Origin: Bernardetia sp.
GTDB taxonomy: Bacteria > Bacteroidota > Bacteroidia > Cytophagales > Bernardetiaceae
NCBI RefSeq assembly: GCF_020630935.1
Contig: NZ_JAHDIG010000005.1
Coordinates: forward strand, 1 to 64,000
DNA length: 64,000 nucleotides
Reading direction: 5' to 3'
The notes beneath the pieces are model-generated. The model saw nothing but the letters and a program-made list of their open reading frames with translations, made no database searches and was not told the DNA's origin. Each line of letters opens with the position of its first letter. The stretch's first letter is position 1. A program made the translations under genes and the position numbers. Shown piece by piece: positions 36,314 to 45,402 of the stretch.

Positions 36314-37327
36314 TCAATACTCATCATCATCATCATTTCTGCGCTGAGTACCTCTTTCTTCTGGATTAGCTATCGATTCACGCATTTGCGTATCAGCTTG
36401 TAAGTTTCTTAAGCGCTGGTAGTCCATAATTCCGAAGTTTCCTGTGCGTAAGGCTTCTGAAAGAGCTTTTGGAACTTCTGCCTCTGCTTCGATAACTTTT
36501 GCTCTTGATGCCTGTGCTTTGGCTTTCATTTCTTGCTCTACGGCGATTGCCATTGCACGACGTTCTTCGGCTTTTGCTTCGGCTACTCTTAAGTCGGCAT
36601 TAGCTTGTTCGATTTGGAGTTTTGCACCAATATTTTCCCCAACATCAATATCTGCAATATCAATAGAGAGGATTTCAAAGGCTGTTCCTGCGTCTAATCC
36701 TTTTTCCAAAACGAGTTTAGAAATTCGGTCTGGATTTTCCAATACGTCTTTGTGAGAGTGCGACGAACCTACTGCCGTTACGATACCCTCACCCACACGA
36801 GCCAAAATAGTTTCCTCACCAGCACCACCGACAAGTTGAGCAATGTTAGCACGAAGCGTAACACGAGCTTTTGTGATAAGTTGAATACCATCTTGTGCTA
36901 CTGAAGTAACAGCATTTGTAGTAATTACTTTTGGATTTACAGAAATTTGTACGGCTTCTGAAACGTCTCTACCTGCTAGGTCGATGGCTGCAGCTTGTTT
37001 GAAACTTAGGTCAATGTTGGCTTTATCGGCTGCAATGAGTGCTTTTACCACTTCCTCTACACTACCACCTGCCAAAAAGTGCGTCTCCAAATCTGATGCT
37101 GTTATTTCTTTCAAACCTGCTTTACTAGCATTAATGAGAGGCAAAACAATTTTGCGTGGGCGAACATTTCGGATTCGCATGGCTACAAGTTCCAAAAGCC
37201 CTAAACGAACACCAGAAAATATAGCTGTAATCCATAAGTTAATTGGAATGTAGGTGCGTATGAGAAGGGCAAGCACCACTATAATTACACCAAAAATAGC
37301 AAATAAAACAGTTTGTTCTAACGACAT
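36314..37327 (-). CDS. floA: Flotillin-like protein FloA (UPF0365/YqfA family, SPFH domain)
   Basis: Strong similarity across the protein to B. subtilis YqfA/FloA (e.g. ...[29 protein letters not shown]... versus [29 protein letters not shown] here). Confidence 0.85.
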   Translation of the reverse strand: MSLEQTVLFAIFGVIIVVLALLIRTYIPINLWITAIFSGVRLGLLELVAMRIRNVRPRKIVLPLINASKAGLKEITASDLETHFLAGGSVEEVVKALIAADKANIDLSFKQAAAIDLAGRDVSEAVQISVNPKVITTNAVTSVAQDGIQLITKARVTLRANIAQLVGGAGEETILARVGEGIVTAVGSSHSHKDVLENPDRISKLVLEKGLDAGTAFEILSIDIADIDVGENIGAKLQIEQANADLRVAEAKAEERRAMAIAVEQEMKAKAQASRAKVIEAEAEVPKALSEALRTGNFGIMDYQRLRNLQADTQMRESIANPEERGTQRRNDDDDEY

Positions 37328-37421
37328 AGATAGATAGATAATGGATGACTAGAAATTATTAACTAATAACTTTACATTAACAGTAAGGCTAAGGCATGCC
37401 TTAGCCTCTACGAATATAAAC

Positions 37422-38819
37422 TTACAGAATATACTGACTTAAATCTTTGTTTTTAACAAGAGTTGCAAGTTTTTCTTGTACCATTTCTTTTGTAATGACT
37501 ACATGAGCATTTGCTGGAATGGTATCTGGTACATCAAATAAAATTTCGTTCAGAAGATGACTCATAACAGTATGCAAACGTCTTGCACCAATATTTTCTA
37601 CTTCTGTATTAATATGAAAAGCAATATCTGCAATTTCTTCTAATGCCTCTTCCTGATAAGTGAGTTTTACATTCTCAGCATCCAAAAGAGCAACATATTG
37701 CTTGCTAAGGGCATTTTTTGGGTCTTTCAAGATTTTGTAGAAGTCTTCTTTAGTTAGGGAGTTGAGTTCTACACGAATTGGAAAACGTCCTTGCAGTTCT
37801 GGAATGAGGTCAGAAGGTTTCGAAACGTGAAACGCTCCTGCTGCTACAAACAAAATATGGTCTGTATTGACAATTCCGTGTTTGGTAGTTACGGCACTTC
37901 CTTCTACAATTGGTAGCAAATCACGCTGTACACCTTCACGGCTTACATCGACTCCACCACCTTTATTGCTAGACGAAGCCACTTTATCAATCTCATCAAT
38001 AAAAATAATTCCAGAATTTTCAGCTTTCTTGATGGCTTCAGCTTTTACTTCGTCCATATCAATAAGTTTGTAAGCCTCTTCTTCTAAAAGTAATTTTCTA
38101 GCTTCTTCTATCGTAACTTTGCGCTTTTTAGAACGGCTAGGAAGCATGCCACTAAGCATTTCTTGAAGATTCATCATCGAAACTTCATCAATTGCTCCAC
38201 CTACAACACCCACACCAGGGTTATTACTTGATTCTAAGGTAATTTCTATTTTTCTATCTTCTAATTCGCCAGCACGTAATTTTTCTCTAAAACGTTCTCT
38301 TGTTCTTTCATTGAGTTCGGCATCTGAAGTTGGCATCTCATCATTAGAAAACCCAACAGCAGACGGTGTAGTGGTTGGCTTTCTGTTTTTGAGAGGTGGA
38401 ATAAGTGCATCTAAAATAATATCTTCAACAGCTTTTTCTGCTTTTTGCTTTACAGCGTCACGCTTTTCTGTCTGTACAAGTTTGACAGCTTGCTCCACCA
38501 AGTCTCTGACCATACTTTCTACATCACGCCCTACATAACCCACTTCCGTAAACTTTGAAGCCTCTACTTTAACAAAAGGAGCATTGGCTACCTTTGCCAA
38601 ACGACGAGCAATTTCAGTTTTACCAACACCTGTTGAGCCTATCATCAAGATATTGTTGGGCATAATTTCACGCTGCATGTCAGATTTAACATGCATACGT
38701 CGCCAACGGTTACGCAATGCGATAGCTACATTTCTTTTTGCTTCGTGTTGTCCTATAATGTACTTGTCTAACTCTGCAACAATTTGTTTGGGCGTATAAT
38801 AGATGTTATTGTCAATCAT
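37422..38819 (-). CDS. hslU: ATP-dependent protease ATPase subunit HslU
   Basis: MTPKQIVAELDKYIIGQ..., Walker A GSTGVGKTEIARRLAK, I-domain, sensor motifs. Confidence 0.95.
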   Translation of the reverse strand: MIDNNIYYTPKQIVAELDKYIIGQHEAKRNVAIALRNRWRRMHVKSDMQREIMPNNILMIGSTGVGKTEIARRLAKVANAPFVKVEASKFTEVGYVGRDVESMVRDLVEQAVKLVQTEKRDAVKQKAEKAVEDIILDALIPPLKNRKPTTTPSAVGFSNDEMPTSDAELNERTRERFREKLRAGELEDRKIEITLESSNNPGVGVVGGAIDEVSMMNLQEMLSGMLPSRSKKRKVTIEEARKLLLEEEAYKLIDMDEVKAEAIKKAENSGIIFIDEIDKVASSSNKGGGVDVSREGVQRDLLPIVEGSAVTTKHGIVNTDHILFVAAGAFHVSKPSDLIPELQGRFPIRVELNSLTKEDFYKILKDPKNALSKQYVALLDAENVKLTYQEEALEEIADIAFHINTEVENIGARRLHTVMSHLLNEILFDVPDTIPANAHVVITKEMVQEKLATLVKNKDLSQYIL

Positions 38820-39078
38820 AAAAAATGTGTCCTATTTATAATTACTAAGTTTTTTAGCTAGTTATTTTGTAGTTCTTAAATTATATTTTTACTTAAACTT
38901 TTGGGTCAAGTCTTAATTTAACAAGTATCGTGATTTTTTGTGAGAATAAAAATTGTAATTTTAATTTTTATGCGCATTTCTAATCGTATTTTTTTATAAC
39001 GAAAAAGAATATTTTTGGTTTTGTATTAAGATTCTCAGACTTTATCGCAGTTTTTCATTTGCTCATTTACATTCATTT

Positions 39079-40191
39079 ATGCACCAAGATTTTATAAATA
39101 GTTTTAAAAAAGAGATTTTTTCCCTTCCTAAAAATGATGAACAAGCCTTTGAAGAAAAAGCCTTATCATTATTTCGTTTTCAATCCAAATACAATCCTAT
39201 TTATAAATCATATATAGAAAAGTTAGGAGTTGATATTTCTCAAATAGATTCTATTTATAAAATTCCATTTTTGCCAATTCGCTTTTTTAAATCCCATAAC
39301 GTTCAAGTAGAAAGTGTAGAGACGAAGCAAATTTTTACAAGTAGTGGTACGACAGACATTACACAGAGAAGCAAACATGCTATTTCTGATTTGAGTTTTT
39401 ATGAAAAGTCTAGTCAATTTATCTTTGAGGAATTGTATGTAGAATATGGGAAACTATCTGATTTTCAAATTTTTGCGCTTTTGCCTTCTTATTTAGAACG
39501 TGACGGCTCTTCGCTGATTTATATGGTAGATTATTTTTTGAAAAATGCACAACCAAACTCTAATTATTTTCTCTATGACTATGAAAAACTAAAAAATGAA
39601 ATAGATAAAGCTGTTTTAACAACTCCTTCAACACCCATTTTGCTTTTAGGAGTTACGTTTGCGCTGCTAGATTTTGCTGATTTTTTAAAAGAAAATTATC
39701 CAAGCTATAAATTACCCAAGACAAAACAGTTTGTAGAACATGGTAGTAGAAATGAAATTATTGTAATGGAAACAGGAGGAATGAAGGGACGAAAAAAAGA
39801 AATGGTAAGAGAAGAAGTTCATAGCGTTTTGAAAAATGCTTTTGGCGTATCGTCTATTGATTCTGAATATGGAATGACAGAACTTCTTTCACAAGGATAC
39901 GCAACAAAAAAAATAAACAAGACCAACAACGATGAAATTTGGTTTCAAACGCCTGCTTATCTGAAAATTCTGATTCGTGATACAAATGACCCTTTCGAAT
40001 TAAAACAAGTAAATGAAAATAATTTTGAAATTCAAAGTGGAGCAATAAATGTAATAGACCTTGCCAATGTCGAAAGCTGTGCTTTCATAGAAACACAAGA
40101 CTTAGGTAAAATCAATCACAAAGGAGAATTTCAAGTTTTGGGACGTTTCGACTATTCGGATGTGAGAGGGTGTAATTTGTTGGTTTTGTAG
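39079..40191 (+). CDS. LuxE-like acyl-protein synthetase / adenylate-forming enzyme family protein
   Basis: Overall resemblance to the LuxE/PaaK-like acyl-adenylate superfamily (FTSSGTTD... adenylation-type motif). Moderate confidence. Confidence 0.5.
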   Translation: MHQDFINSFKKEIFSLPKNDEQAFEEKALSLFRFQSKYNPIYKSYIEKLGVDISQIDSIYKIPFLPIRFFKSHNVQVESVETKQIFTSSGTTDITQRSKHAISDLSFYEKSSQFIFEELYVEYGKLSDFQIFALLPSYLERDGSSLIYMVDYFLKNAQPNSNYFLYDYEKLKNEIDKAVLTTPSTPILLLGVTFALLDFADFLKENYPSYKLPKTKQFVEHGSRNEIIVMETGGMKGRKKEMVREEVHSVLKNAFGVSSIDSEYGMTELLSQGYATKKINKTNNDEIWFQTPAYLKILIRDTNDPFELKQVNENNFEIQSGAINVIDLANVESCAFIETQDLGKINHKGEFQVLGRFDYSDVRGCNLLVL

Positions 40192-40309
40192 TTAGAAAAA
40201 TGATAAAATTAATATCTGTGCTTATCTGTATCATCGGTTGCATCCGTGTTCTATCAAATGGAACACAGATATCACGGATTTAACAGATTCAACACGGATA
40301 AAAAATAGC

Positions 40310-41461
40310 TCAAAATAATTCCTCATGCAGTTTTTCTGCTGATTTTTCTAAAATCGCTAAAAGCTGTAATTCGTATTTCGAATACTGGTCTAAGTTTTCT
40401 ATAAAGTCTTTTGAAAGCTCTGTTTTATCCTTTGATTTTGCTTTCAAAAATTTCTCTGTCTGTTTTTCTATCTCTTTTTCTGATTTATTTAACGTTTCAT
40501 TCAATACTTCTGGATGAATGTAGTAATTTCTACAAATGGTAACCGTATTGCCTAATTTATTAGCTACTTTTCTAACCAAAACAGTCTCTAGTTTTTTGCG
40601 TGGACTTTTTTCTACTTCTTCTCTTGCTTCACTGATAAGTTCCAAAGTAAGAATACTTGCTCCCCACGTTCTGAACGTTTTGGCTGTGAAATGATGTTTC
40701 ATTTTTTCTTCCAAATATTCGTTTACATCATGTGAGTTGATGCGTTGCCACTTGTTATCTTCATCTTTATATCTAAAAAGTTCTTGCCCAGAAAGAGCAG
40801 CACATTCTTTTAGTTTTTTGATAAGAGATTTGTTAGCAATACTTACTGTTCTGACTTTGTTACTTTTTGCTTTGTAGCAAAGTGAAATCTTGTGTTTTGT
40901 TTCTTCATCAATTTTGATATGTTTTCTACGAAGTGTTGTAAGTCCGTAGGTTTTATTAGATTTGAGATAACGGTCGCTACCTATTCTCAAAAGTCCTTCT
41001 TGCATAAGTTCAATGGCTAGAGCAACTACCTTTTCTTTGTTCCACGTTCTTTTGCGAAGGTCTTTTTTTATAGCTCTTCGAAGACTAGCAAGTGAATATC
41101 CAAACTCTTGAAGTTTCAAAAATTTTGTTTTGTTCCTATACTCGTTCCAATCTGGGTGATAAATAGACTGTTTTCGGTTACGCTCATCTCTACCTACAGC
41201 TTGCAAATGTCCGTTTTTATCTTTGCATATCCATACACTGCGCCACGCTGGAGGGATACCTAAATTTTCTATACGTAGTAGTTTTTGTTTGCTTTTAATA
41301 GGCTTTCCTTTTGTACTCAAATAGACAAATTTCTCACCTTTTTTTTTGCGTGTATAACCTTTTTCTGTATCAGAAGAAGAATATAAATGAGGAGGATGTT
41401 TTGGGTAAACCGATTTTCCTACCACCATAATCGGAATTTTATTTTCTGTCGGATGTATCAT
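40310..41461 (-). CDS. Type IB DNA topoisomerase (poxvirus-like bacterial TopIB)
   Basis: AVGRDERNRKQSIYHPDWNEYRNKTKF...LLRIGSDRYLKSNKTYGLTTLRRKH..., then the ...FRTWGAS... and C-terminal Tyr region NYYIHPEV. Matches the conserved R/K/R/R/H/Y catalytic core of bacterial TopIB. Confidence 0.8.
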   Translation of the reverse strand: MIHPTENKIPIMVVGKSVYPKHPPHLYSSSDTEKGYTRKKKGEKFVYLSTKGKPIKSKQKLLRIENLGIPPAWRSVWICKDKNGHLQAVGRDERNRKQSIYHPDWNEYRNKTKFLKLQEFGYSLASLRRAIKKDLRKRTWNKEKVVALAIELMQEGLLRIGSDRYLKSNKTYGLTTLRRKHIKIDEETKHKISLCYKAKSNKVRTVSIANKSLIKKLKECAALSGQELFRYKDEDNKWQRINSHDVNEYLEEKMKHHFTAKTFRTWGASILTLELISEAREEVEKSPRKKLETVLVRKVANKLGNTVTICRNYYIHPEVLNETLNKSEKEIEKQTEKFLKAKSKDKTELSKDFIENLDQYSKYELQLLAILEKSAEKLHEELF

Positions 41462-41783
41462 AATGTAAGTCTAAAAAATGGATTTATTAAAAAATCTAGT
41501 GCCTTGATAACTTGAATTTTGTATAGAATGTTAGAACAGAATAAATAGCAAATTTTGGAATTACTTTTCTAATACTGTATTGGGAAGTGAAAAAACGAGC
41601 TTTTTTGTACAAAACCAATAATTACACTTGAGTTAATCAAATATTAAATTTGGGTAAAATTAATTTTTTTGAAAAAATATTCGGCTTGCATCACTTTTTT
41701 TAAGATATATTTTTATATTTGCCCTTAGAATCAGTCAATTAATTTTTATTGACCTAACACACAAACATAAATACCTTTTACAA

Positions 41784-43370
41784 ATGAAAACTTATTTTTT
41801 CAATTCGAAGTCACTTGTCCGACGCTATTCTCCTTTGGCGATTGCAGCTTTTATGATGTTTTCTTGTCAGAATGAATCTGAAATGATTACAGAACAAGTC
41901 ATCGAACACGCTGCTATCAATCGTTCTGACTTAGATAGTCATATTTGGAAAACTGTTAAGAAAGATGGTTCTTTTGATTGGAACAAACAGTCAGAGCAAA
42001 TTATTTGGAATGCTCTTTCTATGTCAGACGGCGTTTTGTCAGTAGGTTTTAAACCTAAAGGGCAAGATAAAGATATTCGTACCATTATTGACAAGATAAA
42101 TATTAATGAAGGTGAGTGGAATGATGCAAAAAACTATGTTTTGGATATGATTTTCGAATCAGAACGCAAACTCAATCCAGATATAAAGCGTGAAGAATTG
42201 ATTGCCTTTGAAGAAAATACTCTTCCTGTTTTAGATGTAGTTATTAAAAACCCAAATACATTAGCGATGCTTCGCAACTCGGATTTTGTGCGTTATGCAG
42301 AACCGATGGGATATGAGCCAAATGTAAGTAGAGCTAACCAACTCAACAAAGAACTTTCTAGTAGTGGATGTGATGGAAGCAATCCAGAGAATGGATTAAT
42401 TAATGGAGTAGATTATACTAATTTATCTCCAAATGCAAAAGGTTCTTGGAATCACAATTTTCATAATATATCACAAGCGTGGAATACAGCTTCTGGAAGT
42501 GGCATAACAGCCATGATTATTGACACAGGAGTAAGTTTTGGGCAAAATAATTATGGAAGTGGGTTTAACCAAGGGCTTTCGCAAGGCAGAAGTATAGAAA
42601 AATTAGTAACACTTCCAAGAGATACATTTTGGGGTATTCCTATTGGTAGTCCAGAAACTCCAGATGATGGATGTGGACACGGAACAGCAATGACGGGTGC
42701 TTTGGGTGCGCCTCGTGGTACAGATGGAAATGCAGCAGGAATTGCTTACAATGCAAATTTGGTTTCAGTTCGTGCAGCAGAAGATGTAGTGATTGAAGGT
42801 TCAAGAGAATCAAAAGGCGTTTCAGATGCGTATGTAATTGCTGGTAATCGTTCAGATATTCGTGTTACAAGTATGTCTTTAGGACGAGTTACAAGTAGTT
42901 CTCAAATCGCTGATGCTATTCGTTATGCTTATAACAGAGGTGTTTTGATGTTCTGTGCAGCAGGAACTTCATTTGGCTGGTCTTCGGGTTGGTTTGGTGT
43001 TATTTTCCCTGCAACAATGAACGAAACAGTAGCTGTAACAGGTGTAAAAGACAATATGCAGCGTTGTGGTAATTGCCACGACGGCTCAAAAGTTGATTTT
43101 GTAGTAGTAATGGAAAAGGCTTCGAATGGTCGTAATCCACTTACTTTAGCGATGTCTGGAGATGTTCCTGCAACAGTAGGAGGTTCGTCGGTAGCCACAG
43201 CACAGACTGCTGGAATGGCAACGTTGGTTTGGTCGGCAAACCCAAATCTTTCAAGAAATCAAGTGTTGAATAAACTTAAAGTTTCGGCAAGTTATTACCC
43301 AAGTCGTAATTCAAACTTTGGTTGGGGAAAAATTGACTTAGCAAAGGCTTTAACAGCTTCGTCTAACTAA
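41784..43370 (+). CDS. Secreted subtilisin-like serine protease (peptidase S8)
   Basis: Signal peptide. Catalytic triad motifs AMIIDTGV (Asp), GHGTAMTG (His) and GGSSVATAQTAGMATL (Ser). Confidence 0.85.
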   Translation: MKTYFFNSKSLVRRYSPLAIAAFMMFSCQNESEMITEQVIEHAAINRSDLDSHIWKTVKKDGSFDWNKQSEQIIWNALSMSDGVLSVGFKPKGQDKDIRTIIDKININEGEWNDAKNYVLDMIFESERKLNPDIKREELIAFEENTLPVLDVVIKNPNTLAMLRNSDFVRYAEPMGYEPNVSRANQLNKELSSSGCDGSNPENGLINGVDYTNLSPNAKGSWNHNFHNISQAWNTASGSGITAMIIDTGVSFGQNNYGSGFNQGLSQGRSIEKLVTLPRDTFWGIPIGSPETPDDGCGHGTAMTGALGAPRGTDGNAAGIAYNANLVSVRAAEDVVIEGSRESKGVSDAYVIAGNRSDIRVTSMSLGRVTSSSQIADAIRYAYNRGVLMFCAAGTSFGWSSGWFGVIFPATMNETVAVTGVKDNMQRCGNCHDGSKVDFVVVMEKASNGRNPLTLAMSGDVPATVGGSSVATAQTAGMATLVWSANPNLSRNQVLNKLKVSASYYPSRNSNFGWGKIDLAKALTASSN

Positions 43371-43432
43371 GATTTAGTGAAATTTATATATAGAAAACTC
43401 CTTTGAAATCTTCTTGATTTTGAAGGAGTTTT

Positions 43433-43783
43433 TTATTTTTCATCATCTAAAGACTCAATGATGGCTTTTATTTGTGAGTTTGAGATAGTATCTGTTTCAG
43501 ATTTATCATATATAGAAAGAAGTGTAATCAATATATCTACTTCGTCTTCTTCTATTTCTTCTAAATAGGTAATAATACGAAACCCTCCACTTTTGCCTTT
43601 TCCTTTACTTTTGCAAGCAAGTCTAATTTTGTAAGCATTTTCTAGGATTTGAGTTCCTAACTTGGGATTATCTTTTAATTCTTGCGCCAACTCTGCAAGT
43701 TCAGATTTTAGTGAGGCATATTTCTTCAAAAACTTCTTAGCTTCTCTCTTAAAGTTTTCACTAATTACAACTTCATTAGGCAT
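43433..43783 (-). CDS. RelE/HigB-like (Gp49-type) toxin of a type II toxin-antitoxin pair
   Basis: KGKSGGFRIITY motif characteristic of the HigB/Gp49 RelE-fold. 116 aa. 3-bp gap from the upstream small gene. Confidence 0.55.
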   Translation of the reverse strand: MPNEVVISENFKREAKKFLKKYASLKSELAELAQELKDNPKLGTQILENAYKIRLACKSKGKGKSGGFRIITYLEEIEEDEVDILITLLSIYDKSETDTISNSQIKAIIESLDDEK

Positions 43784-43786
43784 AGT

Positions 43787-43999
43787 TTAAAATTCGTTTA
43801 AGAAATCATCTAAAGATTGGAGTTTTTTATCTTCTTGACGAGCAGTTTTTACTTCTGCAACAGCGTCTTTTATTCCTTGCAAAACTTCTAGTTTTTTACG
43901 CAATTTTTGTATTTCTTCTTCCATCAAATTCCATTCGGCTATCGGAATTTGTACAGCTATTTTATTTCCTTCTGTATCAACTAAATAAGTCGTGTTCAT
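43787..43999 (-). CDS. Putative antitoxin partner (70 aa)
   Basis: Small upstream ORF, tightly spaced from the toxin. Helical charged C-terminus. Family not recognised. Confidence 0.4.
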   Translation of the reverse strand: MNTTYLVDTEGNKIAVQIPIAEWNLMEEEIQKLRKKLEVLQGIKDAVAEVKTARQEDKKLQSLDDFLNEF

Positions 44000-44121
44000 A
44001 AATTATAATTTTAAAGTTCTTCTAACTTAACGCAAAAAACTTATCTAAGTTTACTCTTCCTTATTCTTCAATTTGAGCAAACTCATTATGGTTTGAAGGT
44101 TAGTAGATGATTGTGCGTTTT

Positions 44122-45402
44122 CTATTTACAATAACGAATATCAAAAGGAATAATTTCGAACTGTGTGCCATTCCATTTTAACGTTGTTCTTTCCATAAAT
44201 TTTCCTCCACCTTTTCTAGTTTTATTTAACTCTCTCTCTTCTGCTGATGAAATAGGATTTAATTTTCCATTCGGCAAATCAAAGTAAGGATAACGATTGG
44301 GGTAAAAAGGTCTAGTGTTAAAACTAAGTTCTTTTTTTTGTTTGTCATAAGCAGGTAATATCCAATAAATTCTACTGTATTTTGCAAAACTCCTTGAAGA
44401 TTTCCCTGCAATACAATCCTTACAACGCACTATTTTTCCCTTCTTTATTTCAAAACCTTGAACAACTACAAACCAACTATCCATTCCTCCTCCAATATAA
44501 TCATACACTACTACATACAAAGGGTTTCCTTCTCTTTCAACTTTGAAAATTGTAATAGGTAAAGCCCAAAAATTTTCTTCGCTTGTTTCTAACTCTCCTT
44601 TTTCGTTTTGATATTCATGTTCAAATTTGAAAGTAGATATGTCTTCTGTAATAATAACATCTTCTGAAAAGCGATAAACTCCATAAGCTATTGCAGACCG
44701 ATTGTTCCAACCTTGATTATAACTAAACGTATAAATACGAAAATTTCCATCATCAGAAATAATAATCCCTTCTTTTTCAACATAACGGGGTAAACCATAT
44801 TTAAAGCCATTTGGCTCTTTCAAGGCTTGTTTTAATAGTTTACTTATCATTCCAATAGAATCAGCACGCTTATCATCAATCATAATTGGATAAACATCCA
44901 AATAAGAGAGCAACTTGGTTTCAAGTTCTTTAAGTTTTGCAGACGGTTCAATTTCACTTTTGAAATTATTTTTTGAAATATCTTTATAGTGAGCAGGAAA
45001 ATAGCGACCAAAATCTATTTTTGAAGTGTCTATAATCATTCGTACAGCAGCTCTTCCTACTACTGAATCTTTTTGGTAATTACGTGATAGAAAAGCTATC
45101 GTTTTAAACTTTGGGTTATTATTTACTCTACTCAAATCATATAATCCATAAAACAAAGCTGTTATGTCATTCATAGAATCAGGTAATTTGCAATTTGCTA
45201 ATTCTACATGAATTTGTGATAAACTATCCTTTTCTGTAACTGTATAAGCTGTTGAGTTGTAAATTTTCTCTAATACATCTGTTGCTCTTTCTTGCATGTC
45301 TTTACTTTCTATTTCAGAAAGCCATTTTTGGACAGGCTGTGGTTTATCTTTACATGAAAATAGACAAACAGAAAATAAAAATAAGATAGTTATTCTTTTC
45401 AT
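44122..45402 (-). CDS. Hypothetical lipoprotein, translationally coupled to ftsI
   Basis: Lipobox LFSCKDK. Its start abuts the ftsI stop (45402/45403). No MurE signatures. Confidence 0.5.
   Translation of the reverse strand: MKRITILFLFSVCLFSCKDKPQPVQKWLSEIESKDMQERATDVLEKIYNSTAYTVTEKDSLSQIHVELANCKLPDSMNDITALFYGLYDLSRVNNNPKFKTIAFLSRNYQKDSVVGRAAVRMIIDTSKIDFGRYFPAHYKDISKNNFKSEIEPSAKLKELETKLLSYLDVYPIMIDDKRADSIGMISKLLKQALKEPNGFKYGLPRYVEKEGIIISDDGNFRIYTFSYNQGWNNRSAIAYGVYRFSEDVIITEDISTFKFEHEYQNEKGELETSEENFWALPITIFKVEREGNPLYVVVYDYIGGGMDSWFVVVQGFEIKKGKIVRCKDCIAGKSSRSFAKYSRIYWILPAYDKQKKELSFNTRPFYPNRYPYFDLPNGKLNPISSAEERELNKTRKGGGKFMERTTLKWNGTQFEIIPFDIRYCK

Noticed and set aside
36314-37327. Possible functional link between the SPFH protein FloA and the MVP homolog (whose shoulder domain is SPFH-like)
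   Set aside because: The genes are 6 kb apart with unrelated genes and a transposable element between them. FloA is a conserved housekeeping flotillin, and the association appears coincidental.
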